A stretch of DNA of 64,000 nt from Candidatus Caldarchaeum sp. (GCA_038831915.1 JAWBKB010000006.1:1-64000), one strand, 5' to 3'. Shown: positions 19,994 to 30,327, counted from the first letter of the stretch. The notes: generated from the sequence alone by a model not told the origin. Translations and numbers: made by a program.

Positions 19994-20067
19994 ATTTACG
20001 GTTCGACGATTTAAATCCTGGAAAGCGCGGCAAAAAAGATATATACATATTCAACGAATTCACCATA

Positions 20068-20778
20068 ATGTCGGGGTATCTTTCGCCCCGTGCGAAGATC
20101 AGTGGAACAGTTTCAAAGAATTGTCACGTTTACGGTTCGACGGAAGTATGTGTGGGCACCTTCATCGACGAGCTTGTCACGCTTGGATATCCGACGAGGG
20201 AGAGATTACTCAAAGCCATGCATAACAAGCACGCAGAGCCGCTTGAAATTCTCGACTCTGCAAGTCTAGGAAGCTTCGTAGGGCCAGCGTCCGTGATTAG
20301 ACGGTGGACCATCGTGTATGACGAAGTCATAATTGAAGGTTGCGTGGAGATCGGCCACAACGTATTGATAAGGTCTGGCTCCATAATTAGAACCGGCTCG
20401 AGAATTGGAAGTGGCACGATGCTTGACGGCAGCGTGTTGATAGGAAAAGAAGTAAACATTCAATCAAACGTCTACATCCCTCATCTGACCAAAGTAATGG
20501 ACAGAGCATTCGTTGGCCCGAACGTGGTGATGACTAACGACTCATACCCAGTGGGGTCGCCGTTAAAAGGCCCGACCATCGGCGTCGGAGCTATCATCGG
20601 CGCTGGCGCTGTGATTCTTCCCGGCGTAGAAGTCGGCGACGGCGCAGTAGTAGGAGCTGGCTCCGTAGTAACCCGCAACGTCAGACCAAACGAAGTCGTA
20701 TATGGAGTTCCCGCTAGGTTCGCCTACAAAGTCGATGAATATTTGAAAAAGAAGCAAGCCCTATACGAGAAACGGTGA
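20068..20778 (+). CDS. Hexapeptide-repeat acyltransferase (WbpD-like sugar N-acetyltransferase)
   Basis: Left-handed beta-helix repeats; FVGPNVVMTND.YP, IGAGAVILPGV, GAGSVVT, YGVPAR. Confidence 0.85.
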   Translation: MSGYLSPRAKISGTVSKNCHVYGSTEVCVGTFIDELVTLGYPTRERLLKAMHNKHAEPLEILDSASLGSFVGPASVIRRWTIVYDEVIIEGCVEIGHNVLIRSGSIIRTGSRIGSGTMLDGSVLIGKEVNIQSNVYIPHLTKVMDRAFVGPNVVMTNDSYPVGSPLKGPTIGVGAIIGAGAVILPGVEVGDGAVVGAGSVVTRNVRPNEVVYGVPARFAYKVDEYLKKKQALYEKR

Positions 20779-20848
20779 TATGATGATGTTCAAAACTTTA
20801 AAAACAACCCTAAATCCGAATTAACTAGGTGAGGAAGAGGAAGAAGTA

Positions 20849-21157
20849 ATGGGCGACATATGTCCAACTTGTGGTCTTCCAACGCCCATATGCGTTTGCG
20901 GTACGATCAGCCGCGAACAGCAGAGAGTTAAGATAAAGCTCGAGCTAAGGAAATGGAATAAGCCGACTACGGTAATCGAGGGACTGAACGGCACCAAAAA
21001 GGATTTGCAGGAAATCGCTTCGAAGCTAAAAGCAACTCTGGCTTGTGGAGGAGTTGTCAAAGACGGAATGATCCTTCTCCAAGGAGATCATAGAGACAGA
21101 GCGAAAGATGCTTTGCTTGAACTGGGTTTGTCTGAAGAAAATATTGAGGTGATTTAA
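20849..21157 (+). CDS. Translation initiation factor SUI1/aIF1
   Basis: ICPTCGLP..ICVC, K.TTVIEG, LKATLACGG, LQGDHR. Confidence 0.94.
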   Translation: MGDICPTCGLPTPICVCGTISREQQRVKIKLELRKWNKPTTVIEGLNGTKKDLQEIASKLKATLACGGVVKDGMILLQGDHRDRAKDALLELGLSEENIEVI

Positions 21158-22077
21158 GCGGCTACGCTTTCGAGGACGTCTTTTAGTCCTTTAAACCTGT
21201 TGCGGACAGTGACTTCTGTGACTCCTGCCGCTTTCGCGATATCCTTCTGGGTCAAGTTTTGAGTGGTCTCTTGACAGGCCATGTATAGGGCGGCTGCAGC
21301 TATTCCCACCGGGTCTTTCCCGACGGTGGCTTTTCTTTTCACAGCTTCATTGAGAAGCCTTTGAGCCTCCTGAACAGTCCTCTGGTCAAGACCGACTTTT
21401 GAAGCGATTTTATGTACATATATTGATGGGTCTGCCACTGGAACTTTCAACCCAAGATGTTTCAACAGCAAACGGTAGCCCTGAGCGATGGTTTTTCTTT
21501 TCACGGCTGGATAAGAGCGTTCAAATTCTCTCAAATCTCGTGGCGTCCCCAACATTCTGCACGCGGCATAAGCCGCCGCGGCCATGATTGACTTGATCGA
21601 CCGTCCTCTCACGAGTCCGGCTTTAAGGGCCCGTCGGTAGATGAGCATCGCCCTTTCAGCAACTGTTTGAGAAAGCCGTAACTTGTCTACGTAAATTTGG
21701 AGAATGTTAACCGCTTGCTGAAGGTTTCGTGTTTCGCTGGAGTTTATCTGGGACGTTGCGTCGAGTTTCTTGAGTCTGAGCATTTTTTCGCGTGTTTCTT
21801 TTGAAAGTTTTCTTCCCGACGCGTCTTCATCGACGCTTTCGATGACTGTTGAAAGTCCATGGTCTCGGTACATCGGTGAAAGAGGTGCGCCGACCCTGCT
21901 CCGGCTACCGTCCTCTTCGTCGAGGTTGCGCCACTCCGGTCCCATGTCGACGTCCTTTTCCTGAATAACGAATCCACAGTTTGAGCAAGTAACTTCGCCA
22001 GTTCGCTGGTCGGTCACCAGCATCTCATGTCCACATTCGGGACAGAACTCTGTTGTTCTCCAACTCTTCCTTACCAT
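21154..22077 (-). CDS. tfb: Transcription initiation factor IIB
   Basis: Zn ribbon CPECG...CSNCG, GPEWR, RSRVG, GLVRGRSI, TQKDIAKAAGVTEVTVRNR. Confidence 0.97.
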   Translation of the reverse strand: MVRKSWRTTEFCPECGHEMLVTDQRTGEVTCSNCGFVIQEKDVDMGPEWRNLDEEDGSRSRVGAPLSPMYRDHGLSTVIESVDEDASGRKLSKETREKMLRLKKLDATSQINSSETRNLQQAVNILQIYVDKLRLSQTVAERAMLIYRRALKAGLVRGRSIKSIMAAAAYAACRMLGTPRDLREFERSYPAVKRKTIAQGYRLLLKHLGLKVPVADPSIYVHKIASKVGLDQRTVQEAQRLLNEAVKRKATVGKDPVGIAAAALYMACQETTQNLTQKDIAKAAGVTEVTVRNRFKGLKDVLESVAA

Positions 22078-22136
22078 GTTTTCTTCACCTCACACGAAAG
22101 ACATATAGACGAGAAATTCCATTTCATGTTTCTCCC

Positions 22137-22208
22137 TATAAGCCTTTCCTTAAAAAATAGTCTTTGCTGAAATATAAGGCTTTCGGGTGAATGGAAAGGG
22201 CATAAATA
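22137..22208. promoter_or_regulatory. Divergent BRE-TATA promoters: two on the minus strand for tfb, one on the plus strand for cysS
   Basis: Minus strand GGAAAGGCTTATA (22149-22137) and GAAAGCCTTATAT (22184-22172); plus strand GGAAAGGGCATAAATA (22193-22208), about 27 nt before the cysS start. Confidence 0.55.
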
Positions 22209-22234
22209 AATCGGTTGCGGGAAAATGATTAGAC

Positions 22235-23662
22235 GTGATAAGAATCTTTAACACGATATCGCGTAGTTTTGAACCTTTTCAACCCCTTAACCCGCCTGTG
22301 GTAACGATGTATGTTTGCGGGCCGACCGTTTATGACGTCGCCCATCTCGGCCATGCCAGAACCTATGTAGCTTTTGACGCGATAATAAGATTTCTTGAAT
22401 CGGTGGGATACAAGGTGAAATATGTTCGTAACATCACCGATGTTGGACATTTAAGAGAAACTGGTGAAGACCGCATGATCGTCGGTGCTCAAAGACTGCG
22501 GAAACATCCGATGGAAGTTGCTGACCGATACATGCTTGAGTTCTTCCGCGACATGGATGATCTGGGTGTGCGAAGGCCCGACGTGCAGCCGCGTGCAAGC
22601 ATGCACATCGCTGAAATAATCGAGGCTGTGGAGAAACTCGTCGACAAAGGCTATGGCTACGTTTTGGATGGAAGCGTTTACTTCGACGTTGGCAAAGTTC
22701 CTGATTATGGTAGGTTGTCGAAGATTAGGCCAGAAGAACTCGTCATGCATAGGATTGACCCCGACCCCAGAAAACGAAATACTGCAGATTTTGCCCTTTG
22801 GAAAGAATCTTCGCCTGATTATCCATTTTCGTGGAAAACGCCGTGGGGACGTGGATTCCCTGGATGGCACATCGAATGCAGCATAATGAGCATGAAATAT
22901 CTCGGCGACCAAATCGACATTCACGGCGGCGGGCAGGAATTGATTTTCCCTCATCACGAAAATGAAATCGCTCAGTCTGAGGCCCTGACGGGTAAAAAAC
23001 CCTTCGTGAAATACTGGCTTCACACAGGTGAATTAACTGTCGGAGGAAGGGGGATGCACAAATCCTACGGAAACTTTGTGACGATAAGGGAGACGCTCGA
23101 AAGATATTCAGCAGACGTGATAAGAGTATTCATTCTGTCGTCGCACTATCGAAGGCCAGTTGATTATTCGGAGAAAAACATGGAACAAGCCGAGGAAAAC
23201 GCCTCCAAGATAATCAACTTAGCGAAAAACCTTCGTTTCGCCATCGAGCAACCAACTCACAAGCCCGCAGACACCAATTTACGGAACACCGTCCAAGCCA
23301 TTTATCAACGGTTTATCGATGCGATGTCAGAGGACTTTAACACGTCTGAAGGACTCGCAGCAATATACGAATATGTTAAAACCGTAAATATGGTATTGCC
23401 GTCTGCCGGTTTAGAGGACATCTTATTCATAAATCAGTTGTTTGAGAAGATGTGCAGTTCTTTGGGGTTGTTGCAAAAAAAAGACAGGAAAGAATCTCCG
23501 GCCGAGCTATATGAGTTGGTCAAGGTGGTTTTGGATGTTCGGCGTGAACTTCGCAAGAGAGGAATCTTCGACCTCGCTGACAAAATAAGGAGCATGCTCG
23601 CTGACCGCGGAATATTCGTTGAAGATACGAAAGATGGTGAAAGAGTTAGAATAGGTCGGTAA
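22235..23662 (+). CDS. cysS: Cysteine--tRNA ligase
   Basis: MYVCGPTVYD..HLGHAR, NITDV, DFALWK, PGWHIECS, HGGG..LIFPHHENE. Confidence 0.97.
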   Translation: MIRIFNTISRSFEPFQPLNPPVVTMYVCGPTVYDVAHLGHARTYVAFDAIIRFLESVGYKVKYVRNITDVGHLRETGEDRMIVGAQRLRKHPMEVADRYMLEFFRDMDDLGVRRPDVQPRASMHIAEIIEAVEKLVDKGYGYVLDGSVYFDVGKVPDYGRLSKIRPEELVMHRIDPDPRKRNTADFALWKESSPDYPFSWKTPWGRGFPGWHIECSIMSMKYLGDQIDIHGGGQELIFPHHENEIAQSEALTGKKPFVKYWLHTGELTVGGRGMHKSYGNFVTIRETLERYSADVIRVFILSSHYRRPVDYSEKNMEQAEENASKIINLAKNLRFAIEQPTHKPADTNLRNTVQAIYQRFIDAMSEDFNTSEGLAAIYEYVKTVNMVLPSAGLEDILFINQLFEKMCSSLGLLQKKDRKESPAELYELVKVVLDVRRELRKRGIFDLADKIRSMLADRGIFVEDTKDGERVRIGR

Positions 23663-23665
23663 GGT

Positions 23666-24352
23666 TTGAAGGCGGCCCTTCTTTCAGGTGGTTTTGGGAA
23701 ACGTTTGAAGCCGCTAACTGAATCAATTCCTAAACCTCTTCTCGAAGTCGAAGGCAAGCCAATTATCGTTTGGCAGATAGAATGGTTGAAAAAACATGGA
23801 ATCGATGAAATTATCGTTTGCGTCGGTTACCTACGTGAAAAAATCATAGAAGCATTGGGCAGCGGTCACAAATTCGGTGTTAGGCTGGGTTATTCGGTGG
23901 AAGACGAGCCGCTTGGAACCGGCGGAGCGTTGAAAAACGCCGAACATCTGTTAAAATCGGATAAGGTTTTCCTGGTCGTCAACGGAGACATTTTGACAAC
24001 CATTAATCCGTTGAAGCTGGTGGAGAAAATCGACAAAAACGTGGCTTGCATGGCTTTAACCAAGCTCCCGTCTCCCTATGGCATCATCGAATTAGACGAA
24101 GCTACTGGGTTGGTAAAGCGGTTCGAAGAAAAACCGCGGCTACCAAACTACATCAACGCTGGCGTATACGCTTTCAGCTCTAAGATTTTCGACTATTTAC
24201 CTTCGACCGGGGACATGGAGAAAATAACTTTCCCACGGCTTGTCGAAAACAAAACTCTTTCCGCAGTTGTTTACGAAAACGACGACTGGATAAGCATCGA
24301 CAGCCACAAAGATTTGGAAGAAGCAAAACGGGTTGTGCAAAAGCTTAGGTGA
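23666..24352 (+). CDS. Sugar-phosphate nucleotidyltransferase
   Basis: LSGGFGKRLKPLT..IPKPL, EPLGTGGA, NGDI, FEEKP, INAGVY. Confidence 0.9.
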   Translation: MKAALLSGGFGKRLKPLTESIPKPLLEVEGKPIIVWQIEWLKKHGIDEIIVCVGYLREKIIEALGSGHKFGVRLGYSVEDEPLGTGGALKNAEHLLKSDKVFLVVNGDILTTINPLKLVEKIDKNVACMALTKLPSPYGIIELDEATGLVKRFEEKPRLPNYINAGVYAFSSKIFDYLPSTGDMEKITFPRLVENKTLSAVVYENDDWISIDSHKDLEEAKRVVQKLR

Positions 24353-24857
24353 CGGCTGGAAGTTTCAAAACCATAAGGTAGGCATCCTCGCCGTCGGCGT
24401 AGTATCTTTTTTGCACTTCTTTAATAACGAAGCCGATTTTCTTGTAGAGTAATATTGCGGGTGTGTTGGTAACTCTCACCTCGAGGTAGGCCTCTTCACA
24501 GCCGTATTCGTGTGTCAAAGCATAAACAGCCCTGCGCACGAGTTCCTCCCCGATTCCCCTCCTTCTATATCCTGGAAGAACCGCTACGGATACGATGTGA
24601 CCCGCTCGGCGAATTTTGAGAAAGTCGAATTTGCTGAAAATCTTTTCAATCCTGCACATGATGTATCCGACGAGTTTGCTGTTTGTTTCAGCGACCCAGA
24701 AAGCTTTTGGGTATTCTTTGGCGAGGTCTGCGAAGAAGCCATAAGTGTAGTTTTCGGGGAGGCATATCCTGTTTATGTTCATAATTTCGAGAATATCCGA
24801 CTCTTTGACCGTTCGGAAAATTATTTCGCCGCCGCCAAGCTTTTGGGTTTCCTGCAT
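24345..24857 (-). CDS. rimI: N-alpha-acetyltransferase (RimI/Ard1 family)
   Basis: N..CLPENY, VGYIMCRIE, GHIVSVAV, YLEVRVTN, YYADGEDAYLM. Confidence 0.92.
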   Translation of the reverse strand: MQETQKLGGGEIIFRTVKESDILEIMNINRICLPENYTYGFFADLAKEYPKAFWVAETNSKLVGYIMCRIEKIFSKFDFLKIRRAGHIVSVAVLPGYRRRGIGEELVRRAVYALTHEYGCEEAYLEVRVTNTPAILLYKKIGFVIKEVQKRYYADGEDAYLMVLKLPAVT

Positions 24858-24890
24858 TCGACATCCGGAAGAAACCCCTGTTTATAAAAC

Positions 24891-25616
24891 TTATACAACC
24901 ACGACAAGCTCGAGTTTTGAAAAAGGCCTGTAGGGAATCATTTGGCCGAGGCCACGAGATACGTAGAGATTTTTCTCACCTAATCTGTAACAGCCTCTAG
25001 TATATCTGGAGTTAGTGAGGAGAACTGTGTTGCCGACTACGACGCCTCCATGTGTATGGCCGGCGAAAATCATGCAAGGGCCGTTGACGAAATCCGCGGC
25101 GTTTGGGTCGTGAACAAAAACAAGTCCTGAAAGATTTCTCCGTGGATAGATTCTGTTTTAAACCCAGTCAAATCCATGAAGTTCCCCGGCTTTCGGACTT
25201 TGGACAACGTCTGCGATTTCCACATATCCCTCTTTTGCGAGAATTTGACGGCTCCATTCTGCTTTCCCACTCCAATATTCGTGGTTTCCCATCACAAAGT
25301 AGCGTTCGTCACCGGCAAGCTGCGAAACGAATTCCACGACAAAATTATGGTCAACAGTGAAGCGGTCGACAAGGTCTCCGCCGAGAACAACTATTTCAGG
25401 CCTGATTTCCTGAACTGTGCTTAAGACATATGTCAAACGTTTTTCTCGTTGATGAATGTGCAGGTCCGGAAGAAAGATGAGTTTGAAACCCAATCCAGCA
25501 TCGATTGTGGTGACTTCGAGAACATCCGATTCGTCTGTAATCATGATGGCTATGAGTGTCGCAACGCTGATTCCAGCCGCCGTCAGAAACTTCCTCCTAT
25601 TCACTTCGGTATGCAC
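24891..25616 (-). pseudogene. Calcineurin-like metallophosphoesterase with Tat-like signal, interrupted by one in-frame TAA (25158-25160)
   Basis: NRRKFL leader, DLH, GGDLVD, GNHE; then FDWV-TAA-NRIYP...VHDP...FAGHTHGG...VSRGLG in the same frame. Confidence 0.82.
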
Positions 25617-25646
25617 GTTTTTTAGCTGGGTATAAAGCTATGACAC

Positions 25647-26657
25647 GTGGTGAATTCTGTCGACATCGGCCAAACCATAACTGAATCGCGGTATTTTGTC
25701 ATGCCTAATGATTCTAACCCGATCGGAAGGCTGCATGGGGGTCGCTTGATGGAATGGATGATAAACACGGCGACGCTTTGCACGGTGAGGTTTAGCCGCG
25801 GCGACGTCGTGCTCGCCGGTTTGGACGACCTCTTTTTTCTCGCTCCAGCGGCTGTCGGTGATATGATCGTCGTCAAAGCTTGGGTTGAATATGCGGGAAG
25901 GTCTTCGATGGAGGTTGGAATTTCAGCGTACACTTATCCTCATCTTGTAGGGAAGCCGTTCTTAACAACCACTTCTCACATGGCTTTTGTGGCTGTTGAT
26001 TCGACAGGAAGGCCTCGACCGCTCCCATCAACGATCAAACCACGAGAGGGGGAAGAGGAAATCTTCACCTTGGCTGAAGCCCGGTCGCAAAAAAGGAAAG
26101 CATACTTGTTGACGAGAGAGCAAGCAAGCCTTGATGTTTCAGAATACGGGCCTGACGCCCGATACAGAATGAAGTCTTCACATTTAATCACAATAGATGA
26201 AGCAAACATCGGAGGCATAATGTCGGGCGGTAGGATGCTTCACATTCTCGACGAACTCGCAGGCGCGTTGGCAGCCACCTACGCTAAAAACGTCGTCGTC
26301 ACCGCATCCGTCGATTCAACGAGCTTCATCCACCCGATCCGGCTTGGAAACATCATCGACATAGAAATGGTTTTAACAGGTGTCGGAAACACCTCAGTTG
26401 AAATCGCTGCAAAAGTCATAACAGAGAACCCATCGAGCGGTGTGAGAAGACACGCCGTCACGACGTTTTTTACGATGGTTGCGGTCGATTCGTTGGGAAA
26501 CCCTGTACAGATGCCGAAATTCATTCCTGCTACAGAAGGCGAAAAACAACGTTTTGAAGAAAGTAGAGTAAGACGGGAGCAGCGAATGAAGAGGCTCGGA
26601 GATTTAAAGACGTTTGAAAAGCTACATCATAGGCTTGTGATGCAAAATGAGATTTGA
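25647..26657 (+). CDS. Tandem hotdog acyl-CoA thioesterase
   Basis: Two repeats: P.DSNPIGRLHGG...FVAVD..GRP and ANIGGIMSGG...VTASVD...MVAVD..GNP. Confidence 0.9.
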   Translation: MVNSVDIGQTITESRYFVMPNDSNPIGRLHGGRLMEWMINTATLCTVRFSRGDVVLAGLDDLFFLAPAAVGDMIVVKAWVEYAGRSSMEVGISAYTYPHLVGKPFLTTTSHMAFVAVDSTGRPRPLPSTIKPREGEEEIFTLAEARSQKRKAYLLTREQASLDVSEYGPDARYRMKSSHLITIDEANIGGIMSGGRMLHILDELAGALAATYAKNVVVTASVDSTSFIHPIRLGNIIDIEMVLTGVGNTSVEIAAKVITENPSSGVRRHAVTTFFTMVAVDSLGNPVQMPKFIPATEGEKQRFEESRVRREQRMKRLGDLKTFEKLHHRLVMQNEI

Positions 26658-27639
26658 GGTTGGGTTGTGTCTTCGCAGCGGCGACCTCCATCCCTTAGAT
26701 GCCGTTGAGATAGCAGTCAAGGCTGAAGCGATGGGGTTCAGCTCTTTTTGGATGACCGAGGAGCTGAGCAGGGCTTCACCACCTGTTTTGGCTTTGGCGG
26801 CGGCAGCAACGTCACGAATCAAAATCGGAACAGCCATAATCAGCATCTTTGCCCGCACACCGATGAACACAGCGATGACTGCGGCAACCCTACAAGAAAT
26901 ATCCCGAAACCGGTTTTTACTCGGTCTCGGAGTCGGCGGACCTGACATCGTGAGGAAAGGACACGGCCTGGACATGGGCAACGCCGTGGAAAAAACAGCT
27001 GAATATATCCAAATCGTGAAAAAATTTCTCGAAGGAGAACGTGTGGTCTTTCACGGTGCTCACTACCATGTCGACAACATCCGAATCTGGATTAAGAATC
27101 CGCTGCCCACCGAAATCTATCTGGCGAGCCTCAACCCGAAGATGTTGACCCTTGCGGGAAAACTCGCCGACGGAATAATATTGAACATGTTCGACCCAAA
27201 AGCATCATCGTATGTCAAAAAATGGATTAACAAAGGGCTCGAGGAATCACAGAACCCGTCAAAACCTTTTTCCAAATATTCGTTTGTTCTCGCGGCTGCT
27301 TCCAAGTCGCCTGCAGCTGTCGCGGCGATGAAAAGAGCTGCAGCCTTCTACATGAGCTCACCGGCTTACAGGAAAATATTGAAGAAAGCGGGGCACGAAT
27401 TAACAGTAGAACGTTTCGTAGAAACGCTGGAAAAAGAAGGCCGTGAAAAAGCAGCTCAGATCATCGACTTAGACCTTCTCGAAGGAGTAGGTTTTTTCGC
27501 TGACGAAAACATCGAGGAAAAACTTAGTCAATACCGTAAAGCTGGCATTATCCCGTTGGTCTATCCACAGCCTCGGATAGGAAACGAAAAAGGAGACATA
27601 GTCACGATAATCAATACCGTCGCTAAGAATGTAGCTTAA
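26647..27639 (+). CDS. LLM-class flavin/F420-dependent oxidoreductase
   Basis: AEAMGFSSFWMTE, TSRIKIGTAI...RTP, RFLLGLG, LAGKLADG. Confidence 0.85.
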   Translation: MRFEVGLCLRSGDLHPLDAVEIAVKAEAMGFSSFWMTEELSRASPPVLALAAAATSRIKIGTAIISIFARTPMNTAMTAATLQEISRNRFLLGLGVGGPDIVRKGHGLDMGNAVEKTAEYIQIVKKFLEGERVVFHGAHYHVDNIRIWIKNPLPTEIYLASLNPKMLTLAGKLADGIILNMFDPKASSYVKKWINKGLEESQNPSKPFSKYSFVLAAASKSPAAVAAMKRAAAFYMSSPAYRKILKKAGHELTVERFVETLEKEGREKAAQIIDLDLLEGVGFFADENIEEKLSQYRKAGIIPLVYPQPRIGNEKGDIVTIINTVAKNVA

Positions 27640-27672
27640 ATGTGACCACGCCTTATTCCTTTTGAACAAAAT

Positions 27673-30327
27673 ATGAAATACGTCGGGCTTTTCGACGAAT
27701 TAACACAGTATGGAAGGTTCGAGCTAGGCGGAAAAGGATATGGCCTCGTGCAGATGACATCAACCGGGCTACCTGTTCCGCCGGGGATAATCATACTAAC
27801 AACCGCCTGTAAAGAATATTACAGAAATGACGGTAAAATTCCTGCGGGGTTATTTGACGAGGTACGTGAAAAGCTTCGCCTCCTAGAAGAAAGAACCGGA
27901 AAGCGATTCGGAGACCCCCGCAACCCGCTTCTGGTATCAGTTCGGTCGGGCGCTCCTTATTCGATGCCCGGTATGATGGACACTATATTAAACCTCGGAA
28001 TGAACGACGCTGTCGCAGAAGGTCTTGTAAAACTTACAGGAGACGAAAGATTCGTCTACGACGCTTATCGCCGATTTATCCAGATGTTCGCGAGAATAGC
28101 GATGGGAGCCAAAACGGACCGATTTGAAAAACTTCTCGAGGAAACGAGAGAAAAACTGGGGGTCAAGTTTGACATCGAGATCCCGGCATCGGAGATGAAA
28201 AAAATAGTTCAAAAGTTCAAGCAGATAGTCAAAGAGGAGAAAGGTGTTGAAATTCCGCAGGACCCGTTTGAACAGCTCAAGATGGCGGTCGAAGCGGTTT
28301 TCAAGTCTTGGAACAACCCGCGCGCCATTGAATACCGAAAATACTACAAAATCCCCGACGACCTTGGAACAGCTGTCAACATACAGATGATGGTTTTCGG
28401 AAACTACGGCGACAATTCAGGCTCTGGTGTTGGTTTCACCCGCAATCCATCCACCGGTGAAAAAAAGCTCTACGGCGAATACCTACCCAAAGCTCAGGGC
28501 GAAGACGTCGTAGCAGGCATCAGAACACCTTTTCCACTTGAAAAACTCGACGCGAACCTCTACAAAGAACTTGCGGATATCGCCGAAAAGCTCGAACGGC
28601 ATTTCAAAGACATGCAGGACTTTGAATTCACCGTGGAGAACGGCAAACTCTACCTCCTTCAAACGAGGAACGGAAAAAGAACCGCTCAAGCGGCCGTTAA
28701 AATCGCGGTCGACATGTTTGAAGAAGGGTTGATATCGGCTCCCGAAGCTCTGATGCGAGTTGACCCGAATGAGCTTAATCAACTGCTTCACAGAAGGCTT
28801 GACCCCAACTACAAAGGGAAACCTATCGTGAAAGGTTTGAACGCGTCACCCGGAGCTGCCAGCGGAATAGTTGTTTTCGACACAAACGAAGCAGCTGAAA
28901 GAGGAGGAAAAGGTGAGAAAATCATTCTTGTGCGGCCTGAAACGACGCCGGAAGACATTAAGGGAATCATCGCTGCTCAAGGTGTTTTGACTTCGAGAGG
29001 AGGCATGACCAGCCACGCAGCTGTTGTGGCGAGAGGAATGGGCAAGCCGGCGGTCGTCGGATGTGAAAGCATACGCATCAACATGGATGAAGGCTATTTC
29101 ACCACAGCGGAAGGAATAACTGTGAAACATGGAGATGTCATCACAATCGACGGCGGGTCTGGGCTCGTTTTCCTCGGCGAAGTTCCAACCACCGAACCAG
29201 AGTTGACACCTGAACTTTACAAGCTTCTTGAACTCGCCGACCGGTATCGAAGGCTCGGCGTAAGAGCAAACGCCGACACACCTGAAGCAGCTGAAAAAGC
29301 TCGAGCATTCGGCGCCCAGGGAATCGGGCTGTGCAGAACCGAAAGGATGTTCAACGCGCCTGACAGGCTTCCTATTGTGCGTGAAATGATCATGGCTCAG
29401 ACGGCCGATGAAAGGCGGAGGGCATTGGAAAAGCTGTTACCGTTCCAGGTAGCCGATTTCCGAGAAATTTTCAGAGCAATGAAAGGCCTTCCTGTTACAG
29501 TCAGATTACTTGACCTGCCCCTACACGAATTCCTACCGCCCGCTGAAACGATTTTGAAGGAAATGTTCGAGCTCGCTTCCCTTCACAGTTCTGAAAAAGA
29601 AATCGCGGAAAGACAGGAGCTGCTCCGCAGAGTGCTAGCGTTGAAAGAACACAACCCGATGCTCGGTCACCGTGGATGCAGGCTCGCCATACGGTATCCC
29701 GAAATCTATGAAATGCAGGTAAAAGCCATTTTAAGGGCCGCCATCGAAGTTAGACGGAGATTCGGGGAAACCGCCAAAATCCAAATCATGCTACCGCTTG
29801 TCAGCGACCGCAACGAATTAGCACACCTCAGAAGAATCATAGACGAAACGGCGGAAAACCTTTTCGAAGAGCTTGGCGAAAGAATTGATTACAAAATCGG
29901 AACCATGATCGAGACTCCGCGGGCAGCGTTGACCGCGGCGGAAATTGCTGAAGTAGCAGATTTCTTCTCTTTCGGCACGAATGATTTAACGCAGACAACC
30001 TACGGATTTAGCAGAGATGATGCCGAAGCAAAATTCATGGCAGACTACCTTGAGAAGAAGATACTTCCACGTAACCCGTTTGAATCGATCGATACCCGCG
30101 GAGTGGGGAGGCTTGTCGCTCTGGCAACAGCCGAAGGCAAAAAAGCCAAACCATCGCTGGAAGTTGGAATCTGCGGCGAACATGGAGGAGACCCTGATAG
30201 CGTGAAATTCTTCCACGAAGCTGGCCTTGACTACGTAAGTGCATCACCGTACAGGGTTCCAATAGCGCGGTTGGCGGCTGCACAGGCTGCTGTCGGAAAG
30301 CTTGAAAAAGTCGCTGTCACCATCTAG
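27673..30327 (+). CDS. ppdK: Pyruvate, phosphate dikinase
   Basis: LGGKG, PLLVSVRSGA, GEDVVAGIRTP, GGMTSHAAVVARG, GIGLCRTE, FSFGTNDL, GICGEHGG. Confidence 0.97.
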   Translation: MKYVGLFDELTQYGRFELGGKGYGLVQMTSTGLPVPPGIIILTTACKEYYRNDGKIPAGLFDEVREKLRLLEERTGKRFGDPRNPLLVSVRSGAPYSMPGMMDTILNLGMNDAVAEGLVKLTGDERFVYDAYRRFIQMFARIAMGAKTDRFEKLLEETREKLGVKFDIEIPASEMKKIVQKFKQIVKEEKGVEIPQDPFEQLKMAVEAVFKSWNNPRAIEYRKYYKIPDDLGTAVNIQMMVFGNYGDNSGSGVGFTRNPSTGEKKLYGEYLPKAQGEDVVAGIRTPFPLEKLDANLYKELADIAEKLERHFKDMQDFEFTVENGKLYLLQTRNGKRTAQAAVKIAVDMFEEGLISAPEALMRVDPNELNQLLHRRLDPNYKGKPIVKGLNASPGAASGIVVFDTNEAAERGGKGEKIILVRPETTPEDIKGIIAAQGVLTSRGGMTSHAAVVARGMGKPAVVGCESIRINMDEGYFTTAEGITVKHGDVITIDGGSGLVFLGEVPTTEPELTPELYKLLELADRYRRLGVRANADTPEAAEKARAFGAQGIGLCRTERMFNAPDRLPIVREMIMAQTADERRRALEKLLPFQVADFREIFRAMKGLPVTVRLLDLPLHEFLPPAETILKEMFELASLHSSEKEIAERQELLRRVLALKEHNPMLGHRGCRLAIRYPEIYEMQVKAILRAAIEVRRRFGETAKIQIMLPLVSDRNELAHLRRIIDETAENLFEELGERIDYKIGTMIETPRAALTAAEIAEVADFFSFGTNDLTQTTYGFSRDDAEAKFMADYLEKKILPRNPFESIDTRGVGRLVALATAEGKKAKPSLEVGICGEHGGDPDSVKFFHEAGLDYVSASPYRVPIARLAAAQAAVGKLEKVAVTI

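Noticed and set aside
20780-20848. ATGATGA box C-like motif after the acyltransferase
   Set aside because: No downstream CTGA boxes; the region looks like the SUI1 promoter and RBS.
25070-25270. 66-aa ORF suggesting a frameshift in the phosphoesterase
   Set aside because: The two real halves are in the same frame; this ORF is off-frame.
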